A model generated the notes under the pieces. The model was not told the origin of the DNA. It ran no database searches and saw only the letters and a program-made list of their open reading frames with translations. The position numbers and the translations under genes are program-made. DNA of 48,928 nucleotides, filler included, from Jimgerdemannia flammicorona (lineage: Eukaryota), in the NCBI GenBank assembly GCA_003990765.1. It is 2 parts of 2 records of this genome, joined end to end, with 100 filler letters (N's around TTAATTAATTAA, not from the genome) between each part and the next. Parts side by side here need not be neighbours in the genome. Positions count along the whole stretch, not along the records: positions 24,515 to 48,928 come from RBNJ01000977.1; 1 more part is not named here. One strand, written 5' to 3'. Shown piece by piece: positions 36,503-47,777 of the stretch (the stretch's first letter is position 1; each line of letters opens with the position of its first letter).

Positions 36503-38569
36503 GATACTAGTAGCTTTTCTCCAGAAACTGTGTTGAAAGTGTTGCCAAAGGGTTGTGTAACCTGAATGTTACCAGAGGAAGGATCAGAGCTGATCTGACT
36601 ATATAGCTAGTCTTGTACTAAGTACTATTGTTCTTCTAAGCTTAATAGATTTATCTCAAAGGCTGTAAAGATCATATTCTATATCTTCCTAGTGAGCTTT
36701 TATTAGAGGTTTGGCCTTTGGATATAGTAAGATATACTGAGCAATATTTTTGCTAAGTTTAGGTTATCTTTGGGCTGAGACTTCAGTAGATATAAGTCTC
36801 TATGTTCTGAGATTAAGGTATAGCTATCTAGCTCTAATAGAGAGATCTCAAAGTTATATATATCTTTCTGTAGCTTGGATGATAGTTAGTATTAGTTATT
36901 ATTGTGAGATTGAGACTTGGCCAGTACTGGACCTGATAGTTCTCAATAGTTTGTTTTAAATCTAGCAGATATCAGTTTAAGAATTGCAGGAGAGGACCTT
37001 CTATCTTGACTTCTTGAATCTTTTGCCAGACTTCATTATAGATATTTCTTTCTTCTTAGACTTCAGGACAATAAGCTCTTGTTCTTTTTGCTTCATTTCT
37101 TTATTCTCTAGTAATAGTTCATTTGTTTTAGAGATAAAATATAATGGAAATAAGAGAGATATTTCAATCTACTCCTCTTCATCTTTCTCATCTTTTTTCT
37201 AGATAGTTCTTCTACTGGTATTTCTGAATAGCCTTCTTACTGATCTCTTTCTTTTTTTAGCTAGGTAGACTATTTTTTTTTTTTTTTTTTTTTTAGAAAT
37301 AACCTTAGTTGGGTATAGGTCTAGATTACTGTAGTTTTTACTATTATTTTCTTTTTTAAAGTCTTTAACAGAGTAAGCTTCAGTCTTCTTATACTAGGTT
37401 TCATTCTTTTTATTTTGTAGTTCTGAGTCTCTTTAGTCACTTCTTCTACTATTACAATCTATAGTATAGTATCTAAACTATTCACAATAGAAATATTGAA
37501 CTTAAGCTCTGTTTTAAGATAGATATCTTCTTTCTTCTTATAGCTGATAGCTCCTATTATCTCTGACTAAGTAGTCTTGATTTCTTCATAGTATATATAT
37601 AACTCTATTGTCTTATAGGTAGCTTTAATTTTTATATATAGTGAGATTTTCAATTTATCCAACCAATTAGTTTAACTTAAAGTTGAGGTTCTGAATTTTA
37701 TTTCTCTCTTTCTTCTACTTCTTTACTAGCTTTCTTTCTTTTGGTTTTTATATTCTTGAAAGAGTCCTGTAGGGTTAATCAAGAGGTCTTTCTTATTATC
37801 TTTCTTATTGTAATCACTCTAAGTGATTCCTTGTCTGATATTGAAAAATTCTTAAGCTATATCTACTTATTCTTCAGGTCCTCTAATGCCTAGGATGTGA
37901 ATATACTAAGTAATATTTAGGAGAATTCCATTCATAAAGATCATTAGATCTATGATGATCTGATTAATAGTATTAAACCTGACTATATACATTCTTTTCT
38001 AGATTCTGATTAAAAATGCTCTGAGTAATTCTCTGAGTTTTATCTTTATCTTTATGATAAATGCTTAAATCATATAGTAGGTTTCATTTTCTATATATTT
38101 TCAATGAGTCAGTAGGTTATAACTTCATATTCTTTACTTCAAGATACTGCTATCTAAATGACTGTTCTAAGATCTATATATATATTATTTACTACTCAAT
38201 TGAAAATTTCTTTAGCTGATTTCCTGAGTTAAGCTTTGAAGATAATAATCTTTCTCTGAATAGTGAGGTTCTTTATAACTATAATTTCTTCAATTGTATC
38301 AAAAAAATTCTCTTGAGTCTTCTTTTAAGTATTCTGTAAAGGTTGGCATTGGAATGGCTATTTCATTATTACTGACTTTTAGTTCTGATTCTGATTTTGA
38401 TTTACTTTCTGAGTTATTACTAAAGCTTGAGATATTTGGATATCCTAAAGATAGAGTTGTTAGTCTTGAGCAAAGTATAGTAGATCTGAGTATCCTTGAA
38501 GATACTAGGCTGAAAAGATCTATTAGTCCTAATAGTAGTAAGATTAGTAATACTTCTACTACAGAGAAC

Positions 38570-38805
38570 TAATATTAGATAATGTGATCTTTAAGCTCTT
38601 ATACAAGGTTCTTAAAAGTTTGAGTATAGTCTTTTGTATTTTCTGGCTAAGTCAGATCTCTTAGTTGTAAGTCTGCTATAAGAGACTGATATTAGATAAT
38701 GTGATCTTTAAATTCTTATATAAGTTCATTAATATTTCTAATAGAGTTATCTATATTGTCTAGTTAATCTAGTTGGGTCAGATCTCCTGATAGTAAGTCT
38801 CTTGA
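38570..38805. repeat. ~120-bp degenerate tandem duplication in the Gypsy-2 leader
   Basis: atattagataatgtgatcttta at 38572 and 38689; gtcagatctc..gtaagtct at 38651 and 38777. Confidence 0.7.
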
Positions 38806-40160
38806 TACTAGTTGAGGATTCTATACTATACTAACCTCTTATTAAGATCTTTCTAATACTAGATAGTTAGTAAGTCTTAAGATAATTACTTCTCTTTATA
38901 TCTAATTACTGGTTATGACTCATTTTTCTATAGTAGTAGAGATTGATATTATATCAAATAGATCCAGTTTAGCTATTGAGTTCTTATGAGCTGAAAAGTC
39001 ATATAAATTTAAAGAAAATCTTCTCAGTTGAACCTCTAAATATAATATACCAGCTTGATAAAAATAAATTACAAAGTTAGAGCTACTATATACATAGATT
39101 GGCTTGAGTTTTAGTTATTTTATCAAAAAGTAATAAAATTTTCTAAAAGTACTTGTTTATATAGTATAAATGATTTTGGTAGTATTTCCTAATTAGGTAA
39201 AATCAATATAATATAGTAATTTCAGCAGTCTTCTTAAATAAGCAGATTTTTCAAAATTGGTAGATAACTTAGATAATACAGATTTTTTAAATATAATAGA
39301 TAACTTGAATAATATAAATTCTTCCTAAATTAGTAGACTTCTCAAAATTATAAGGTTTTCTTCTTTATATCAGAAAGTAGATCAGAGTATAAATTAGATA
39401 TCAAACTCACAATTTTCTAAAAGTGACTTTAGAGCAGATACTTCTTCTAAGTATTATAATTCTTTCTAGATTAAGTAGCTTTTAGTAGACATATCTCTCA
39501 AAGTATAGTAGGCAAACTTGTTTTTTGCTTTTGAACTTTTTTGGACTAAGATTTATTTACTCAAATCTTTGGAATATTTTATACAAATTAGATTACTATC
39601 TGATTACTATTTAGATAATTATAGAATATATAGTAATACTACTTTAGAGAGAGAGTGACTAGATATAAGTGTGTCCTTAGAATATAGATCAATATATCAG
39701 ATTTAATATATCTGACTAATTATATAAATTATAGTATATATAGATAACTAGATATAGATAACTATACTATATTGAGTATTTATATTATCTAACTATATTA
39801 TATTATTTACTCATTATACTATATATAAAAGTATATTAAGCTAGTAAGTAAGATAGAAATATATCTCTTACTCTGTAATGTAGTTAAAATTGACTGCTAA
39901 ATCATCACTAAATTGGCTAAGTCCAGATATTGATCCTATTGGATAGACTTATAAGCCACTAATTCATCCAGCCAATCGATGTACATTCCAGCTATTATGT
40001 GATATCAAATATAACAGTTGGTATTATCACTTTCTATACCAAATACTCTTTTCTTTATACTATATATGCTAATATATATACTAACATATATCTTTACACT
40101 ATATAACCCAATACATTCTAGGCCTATTGATACATCTGTACCTATACTACACCTATACCA

Positions 40161-40410
40161 ATGTCAGAAGGTGAGTTTAGGTCTAAGTTACTCTTTCTTA
40201 TTCACAAATCACTAGGTGAGGCTTGCTCTAACTTTAATGATAATTTTGATGATAATTTTGAGTCATGTTCAGATGATGAAGATGACAATTTGAGCTATGT
40301 TTGGACAACAAAGATGATGATTTTGAGCTATAGTTTAAGAAAAAAATGAAAAAGAAGATGAGCTATTTGGTAAGTTATGGAGATTGTTCAGAATAGTTGA
40401 AGAGTTACAG
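40161..40410 (+). pseudogene. Possible 5' end of a decayed gene (acidic N-terminus, one GT-AG intron), cut by Gypsy-3; identity unknown
   Basis: ATG TCA GAA G|gtgagt...cactag|GT GAG, followed by a D/E-rich run (NFDDNFESCSDDEDDN). Confidence 0.3.
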
Positions 40411-42779
40411 GTGTCATTCTGTATCCTCTCAGCTATATATAGAGCCCATCAGTTCTTCTACTGTCAGTCTTTCAACTGCTAGTCCTTCTACTATCAGTAT
40501 TCTTCTGAGTCTTAGTAATGACACCTAAGTGACTCTAGTATTTCTGACTAAACTTCAGAAGTCTAACTAACTTCTGCCAAAACTGAGACTAGTATATAAA
40601 TCACAAAAACTTAAGTAAACTTCTTATTGAACCTGAATTTTAAGGTGAATTCAGTCTATATATAGTAAAGAATAAGTCTCTTATAACTATAGTTATCTGA
40701 GAGTACTATCACTATAACTACTTTTAAGTGAGCACTTCCTTATACTGAAGACTTCTTGGTATACTTGTATACTAAGTCTCTAAGTAATACCTTATTTCCA
40801 AAGGATAAGAGAGGGGTAGAAATAAGAGTTATTATAACTTAGTAGTAGTAGAATTACTAAGCCAAGAAGGCACCAAGGATATACTCTTGAGAAGTTAGAA
40901 CAAGACTAATATTGGACAGAAGTAACCTCAGAACCAACTGTAGATTCTCTAGGAATAAACCCCCAAACCAGAGTTAGATAAGCCATTACCATTAAGACTA
41001 GATGGTACCAAGAAATCACTAACTCAGAAATCCACTAGCTAGTAATTGACCAGATATATAAAGATTTATATAAGGCCTTTAGGAACTTCTACCCAGGTCT
41101 TAGAAATATATAAGTTCTATATACTTTTCCATAACTACCTTGAAATTACTAGAACTCAAGAATCTACTACTGTGGCCACTTAGAAATTTCTAGACTATAT
41201 CTCACCCCCTGTAGTAAGAGCAGTAGCTACTGAGTAGATAGCATCTGATAGATATTATAATACTTCTATCAGAATCTCTCTCTACTATAAGCTAGTTGCA
41301 TTCTATATCTCTACTATATCAAGATATGAGACTGAATAGATAGACCACCCACTCTCTACTGCTGATTAAGAAGTAGGCCTATCTACCTAACCAGAAACTG
41401 ATATCCTCTTTAAAGGATCTAGTCAGTATAAGGATGTACTATCTCATCAGAGAAGAGAGTTAGATAAAGACTCTACAGAATATCTGTCTAATAATAGTTA
41501 ACAAGAAATAGCAGACCTAGGAATCTACTAAGGACCCACTGGTCAAGAAGATCAGACCCCATAATCAATCCAGCCACCTATATAGAGATTTGGCTTACTC
41601 ACCCTTATAGGATATTTTGATCTAATCTTCAGAAATCAAGTAACCCCAAGTTATACAGTACTATAACCTCATCAGGCAGAATAATCTTCAGGAGAATCTA
41701 CCCCCACAGACCTATCACCAGCAGTCAACACAATGGTAGATATCAATATTATAGCCCTGACTATTCAGCTAGTTACACTAATAGAGATAGTAAGACAAAT
41801 TGCCAAATAGAACAAATCAATCAAGACCTTGAGAATTCTTACTTTTAGTAAAACAAATAGTGATATTGAAACCTTTATCAATGTAGTAGATATAGGATAC
41901 TAAACAAGTCAATGAAATGATAACTAAGTACCTATAGGAATACTTATCAATAACCAAGACAATACTCTCTAATAGTTGTTTGCTACATCAGCAGCATAAG
42001 AGGAAACAGTAGTAATATTCTTTACTAGAACAGTAGCTGAGTTCTAGTATACTCTATAAGAATACCCAGTAATTTGAAAAAACCACCCTCAAATCACTAG
42101 ATAGATATTTGGCCAAACCAGACCAGGTTAGAATAACTATGCAGTAGACCTAGAACTTAAGACTCTATTACTGACCAAATTCCAAAATACAGCCTATATA
42201 CAAGAACTTAGAACAAACTAGCCCAGATGAAGTTCTATAAGAATGGTAAGAAGGACCTAGAAATCTTTGCTACTAGGATAGATGCCTACCTCAAGACCAT
42301 AGAACTTACTTATTAGAAAAACAATTTGGCTATCAATAGTACCAGAGCCAACCATCTCTTTGCTGTCCTATCAGACTAGCTTATCTAGAAGATTAAGAAA
42401 CAAGACCTCTCCTAAGGATATTCTCACTACTCATGGTGCTTTGCCCAGATATAAAGAAGAGCCTGCAAAATCCTTACTATACAGATTCTATGAAATTCAG
42501 AATACAAGAAAGATAACCAAGATAGAAGAAATTCCACCAGAAGGAATGACTAAAGGAATTACCAAAGGAATGACCAAAGGAACCAATGAAATCCCAGAGA
42601 ACTAAGACCCCTAATGAGGATAAAAAGAAGTAGCTTCATAAAAAAAAAATTGTACTTTATTTGTAAGTAGGCAGGACACATTTTCTTCAAATACTCTGAG
42701 AAGAGAAATAGATCAGATAAATCTAATTATCAGAATATCACTGTTATTAGATAAGGTCTAGGAAAGAAGAATCCTGAAA

Positions 42780-43197
42780 ATATCATCAAAGTATAGAAGA
42801 TAAGTATAAGACTACTATCTCTACTAAGATCTATCTCACTGATACTAGATATGACCTCTACAGTAGCCAAGATCTCACCATTCCACCAAGTACTAATACT
42901 ATAGTATATACTGGAATTGCAATATAGATCTCCAAAGGAGTATATATCTGTCTTGCTAAACAAAGCAGCCTGGTCAAAGGATTCAACATCAGGCTAAGAA
43001 GAGAAGTAGTTAACTAAGGATTTACTGGTGAAATCCACATTATCTTATAAAATTTTGGAGATATCTCATTTGAAGTCAAAGTAGGTCAAAGAATTACTCA
43101 AGCAATCATCAAAGAAATTTATCAAGATCTCACTATCAAAGAAGTCTCCAAGCTCTTCCAAATAGATTATAATAAGAAAGAATTTAGATCTACCAAT
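42780..43197 (+). pseudogene. dut: dUTPase domain of Gypsy-3
   Basis: TDTRYDLYS, LAKQSSL, REVVN*GFTGEI, GQRITQ, DYNKKEFRST. These are the five motifs with G>A/C>T damage. Confidence 0.88.
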
Positions 43198-45651
43198 AAA
43201 TCTCTTAGTCAAAAGATTACCATAATGAAGAAAGATGATGAAAACTGGTATAAGAGAATTGCAAACAGTTATATACTATGTGGACAATACCCTCATTCTA
43301 TTTAAATGTACTGTATGAAATATATTAGTGAATACTATATATACCTCTCTAAGGTTTTCAAAATCCAGTCTGAGAAATACTAAGCCCAACAGACTGAGTA
43401 TTCAAAACAGACCACTCTCCTTATAAAAGATGTAGAGAGACTGACTTTGAGAAGACTGATAGTAATTGAGATAATGAGAATAAAGAATTCAATACTATTA
43501 AGAAGGAGAACAGTTGTATCAAGTTTACAGTCTAAGTTCATAGACAAGATGTCAATGTCTTACTGGATAGTAGTACTACTGGAAACTATATTAGTACCAA
43601 GACTGCCAAGAGGATTGGAGTCCAAAGCAGACCAGCTACTGAGAAAAGAAGTATCATCTTTAATAATAGCAAAACTGTCCCTTTGATCAAGATCTACAAG
43701 AACCTATTGCTCAAGATTAGCAAATATTAGGAGAAGCTAGACTTCAGCATCATAGATCTTTTAGAATAAAATATCATTCTAAGAAAGACCTGGTTGACTC
43801 AGTACAATCCAGACATCAATTGGAGGACCAATGAGATTAATCTGATCCATAAAGACAGAAAGATCACCCTGTTATCTCAAGAAGATACCAACTACTAAGA
43901 AATTGAGATCATCTCTACCATTCAGATGAAGAGACTCTTCTGTAAAAAAGAAAACACATACTTCATCTGTACTATGCAAGAAGTCACTAAAGCTCTGAGT
44001 AGCTCAGTCCTACTAGAAGCTTAAGAACTATTTGAGGAATTCTAAGCTATATTCCAGAAACCTAAAGGACTTCTACTTTAGTACTAAATCTAATATAGAA
44101 TTGATCTTATTCCAAGATCTAAACCTCTATATAAGAGTATCTATCAGCTGATCCAATCTGAACTCAAGATCCTCAAGGATGAGTTGACCAAACTATTAGC
44201 CCAAAGATATATCAAATCAGCTGTTCTCTATTTGGAGCTCTTATTCTATTTATCAAGAAAAAGAATAGCTCTCTGTAAATATAGAGTCCTCAATAAGATC
44301 ACTATTAAGAACTAGTATATTTTGCCTAGGATTAATAAGTTGTTATATCAAATCTTCAAGGCTAAGACCTTTTCTCTACTAGACTTATGAAATAGTTACC
44401 ACCAGATTCTCATTGATAAGAAGAATATTGAAAAGACAGCTTTTCAAATGCAGTTTAGATACTACCAGTTCTGAGTCATATCTTTTAGTTTGACTAATAT
44501 ATTAGCAATATTCTAGTATCTAATGAATGATATCTTTAGACTACTGCTTAACATTTGTATTCTTATATATATTGATGATATACTAATCTATAGTGAAACA
44601 GTAGAGCTATACTATACTCATCTCAGGCAGATACTGATCCTTCTGTAAGAATATCAGCTCTATATCAAGATGAGCAAGTGTAAGTTCTATCAAGACCAGA
44701 TTGAGTATTTAAGACATATCATCTCTGCTGAAGGCATCAATATGGACCTCTGAAGATATCAGTTCTCAAGGATATTCCTATCCCCACTATTCTTAAGCTA
44801 CTCTAGTACTTCCTGGATATTATAGATTACTACTAAAGATTTATCTAAGATACTCTACTATTACAGCTCCACTGATCAGTCTGGTCCACAAAAGAGTAAA
44901 TATTAAGACTAAATAGATCTCTGAGTATACCCAGACCATAAACTACCTTAATAGACTCCTTATAGAGGCTTTAGTGCTAATTACACCTAACTCTACTAGG
45001 CTATTTACTCTAACTACAGATGCCTCTGATATTGTAATTAGGGCAATACTCAGTTAAGAGAATTACTCAGTAGCTTATCTCTTTCAAAAGCTCAAGCCAG
45101 CTGAGATCTAGTATACTATCCATGAGAAAGAACTCATGGCCATTATTACTATACTCCAGGAATAGCACTATTTTCTCTTAGGACAACCATTTGTAGCCTA
45201 CACTGATCACTATACTCTGTAGTGTATTCATATACAGCTCATGCTGATTCACAGACAAGTCTGTTGGATGGAAATTATTATCAACTTTGATATAGAAATC
45301 AAGTATACATATCTCAGACAAAACAAACTGTATAGCTGATGGTTTCTCCAGATATATAGAAGATGAACTTATCTTTATAGTTAAGATAATTAGAGACCTC
45401 ACTCAGACTATTATGAATAGCTACTAATAAGACATCCCCCTAGTGAAATTCCTTTAATTCTGTCAAGACCTAGAGGCCAAAGTCTTAGAATTCATCAAGC
45501 AAATATCCAAAAGATTCACTTATTATAATAGACTTATCTATAGGAACTATGATAGAGTAGTTGTATCCAACAATAATGCTCTGCAGCTCAAGATTATATA
45601 GGAACTCTATGATACTTCTGCAGTAGAATATTTTGGTTTCAAGAAGACCTA

Positions 45652-45874
45652 CAGTGATAGTCAAAAGTGTACCAATGTTTAGTTATTATTAATATTTTAA
45701 TTATATTATACCTCCAATCTAAATTCTATTTTACCAAAATTTTAAACATTAATAAAATAGTCTTTAAACTTTTGAATAATATGTGTTTTATTATATTTAG
45801 ATAATTATAGACATTAATATAACTATTTTAAGTTAAATTGTCCATTAGTACTATTTTGACCCTTTTCAGTATAT

Positions 45875-45962
<88 letters not shown>

Positions 45963-47383
45963 TTTTGATACATATATTTTGCATACTATTAATATCCAAA
46001 TTTTTTGCCATTATTGTTTCAAACATTCTTTACAACTCTACAATATTTTTGTGCAATATCAATTTAGTTTCATTGTTCTGATTTCCAAATTAGATCACTT
46101 AATATTTTCCTCAATAATTAGTGAGTTTTCAGTTGATTTTGATGATCCTGGTGCCATTGGAAAGTCATTCTCAAGAGCTTTTCATAGATATCAAGGACGT
46201 TAAAATCAGATGAAAAAATTCACCAAGTTATCAAGGAAAACATCTGACTCACCGTATCTGAAACAAACATTTTCCTCAAAATCTCAATGAATTTTCATCC
46301 GATTTTAACGTTTATAATATCATTGTGAAGCTCTCTATAATAGCTTTCCAATGACACCAAGATTATCAAAATCAGATGAAAACTCACTGAGTTATCAAGG
46401 CCACCGAATTTTAGAGTTCTGGTTATATAGTTCAGTTTCAAGGTTGCACCTTGCCTATATCCATTTATGGCCATCTAGTTCGGTCATGGTTCAATCTTTA
46501 TGTTGCAAATTTGTATTGTGCCTTGATGCAATGAGGCAGCAAAAGCAGTTTTTTTTTTGCTTACATATATATACTGGCCTTTTTGAGAGTTCTTTTTACA
46601 TTATTGATACTCACTATTACATATCTTACCAATTAGACCACTAAACATTTTCCTTGATAACTCAGTGAGTTTTCATCCAATTTTGATGATCTTGGTGTCA
46701 TTGGAAAGCTATTATAGAGAGCTTCACAATGATATTATAAATGTTAAAATCGGATGAAATTCACTGAGATTTTGAGGAAAATATTCATTTCAAACTTGGT
46801 AAGTCAGACGTTTTCCTTGATAACTCGGTGAATTTTCATCCGATTTTAATGTCCTTGGTATCCTTGAAAAGCTCTTGAGAATGACTTTCCAATGGCACCA
46901 GGATCATCAAATTCAACTGAAAACTCACCAAGTTATTGAGAAAAACATTAAGTGGTCTAATTTGGAAATCAGAACAATGAAACTAAATTGATATTGTGCA
47001 AATACACTGTAGAGTTATAAAGAATGTCTGAAACAATAATGAATATTAATAATATGCAAAATGTATACATCAAAAAAAAAAAAAAAAAAAAAAAAAACAA
47101 AAAAAAAAAAAAAATAAAAATAAGAAAAAAGTAAAAAAAAAAAAAAAAAAAAAAGAGTCTATATACTGAGAAGGGTCAAAATAATACCAATGGACAATTT
47201 AACTTAAAATGATTATATTAATATTCATAATTATCTAAATATAATAAAATACATACTATTCAAAAGTTTAAAGACTATTTTATTAATGTTTAAAATTTTG
47301 GTTAAATTGAATTTAGATTAGAGATATAATATAATTAAAATATTAATAATAATCAAACATTGGTATACTTTTGACTATTACTA
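45652..47383. mobile_element. Tc1/mariner-type non-autonomous foldback element (1732 bp, ~750-bp arms)
   Basis: TIR CAGTGATAGTCAAAAGTGTACCAATGTTT and TA duplication (45650-45651, 47384-47385). Removing the element restores the integrase frame KTYNLL. Arms 45652-46400 and 46652-47383 include mirrored poly(T)/poly(A) tracts. Confidence 0.93.
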
Positions 47384-47777
47384 TATAACCTCCTCTCAAG
47401 AGAGTTCTACTGATCAAAGCTGACCAAGGATATCAAAGATTTCATGGTCTTATATAAAATGTACCAAAGGTTCAAAAGCAGTAATAAGCTACTAGCAGGA
47501 CTTTTGCAACCCCTACCTATCTTTAGCTATAACTAAGATCAGATTACTATAGACTTTATTGTCTAGCTCTCTAAGACCAAAGCAGAATAGGATACCATTG
47601 TAGTATTCATAGACTGTCTGAGCAAATAAGTCTATTTTGCACTCACCAAGACTACTGCCATAGCCTCTGAGATTACTGAAAGCTTTCTCAATTAAGTATT
47701 TAGACTATATAGCATATCTAGCACCATTGTATCTAACCATGGTACCAAGTTTACAAGTAACTTCTGGAAGCAGCTAC

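Larger units (their letters stand above)
30667..36597 (-). mobile_element. LINE family A copy A3, full length (~5.9 kb)
   Basis: ~70-nt poly(A) at 30667-30736. TSD actatatagctagtctt at 30652-30668 and 36598-36614. Has 5' UTR, ORF1 and ORF2. Confidence 0.96.
30389..36740 (-). pseudogene. dut: dUTPase domain of Gypsy-2, split by LINE A3 (pieces 36598-36740 and 30389-30666)
   Basis: Rejoined across the TSD it reads KAH*EDIEYDLYS..STRLAI*LSKETYI*LISRSK..EGKTIDSEYIGKI..KE*KIVQ..R*TKEFRSLD. This gives motifs 1-5 after reverting transitions. Confidence 0.85.
26443..38900 (-). mobile_element. Gypsy-2, extremely decayed Ty3/Gypsy element with dUTPase; hosts two LINE insertions; integrase end and LTRs unresolved
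   Basis: Minus-strand hand translation: knuckle Q(C)FYCE*F(GH)Y(A)IDC at ~37454-37498, dUTPase, RT STSLWAS..YVDYRKLN..KIDDLL at ~29590-29750, YIDD at ~29390-29400. Possible decayed PBS TAGTATTAGAA at 38851-38861. Confidence 0.8.
40510..47776 (+). mobile_element. Gypsy-3, decayed Ty3/Gypsy element with dUTPase; integrase interrupted by a foldback element and by copy S2
   Basis: Decayed PBS tagtagtagtag at ~40840 (compare Gypsy-1 tggtagtagtgg), knuckle L(C)FICK*AGHI at ~42650, protease VLLDSSTTGNYI at ~43555, YIDDILIY at ~44571, TTDASD, HEKELMA, YTDH, and integrase GFKKTY|NLLSREFY..KFTSNFWKQL. The LTR start is approximate. Confidence 0.88.

Noticed and set aside
1..36597. All five LINE copies on the minus strand
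   Set aside because: Small sample split over two unlinked contigs, and orientation relative to host elements is mixed.
39000..39870. Possible decayed MITE with repeated aattttctaaaagt
   Set aside because: Too AT-saturated to define termini or symmetry by eye.
42540..42590. 12-bp tandem repeat (aaaggaatgacc)
   Set aside because: Ordinary low-complexity Gag linker upstream of the zinc knuckle.
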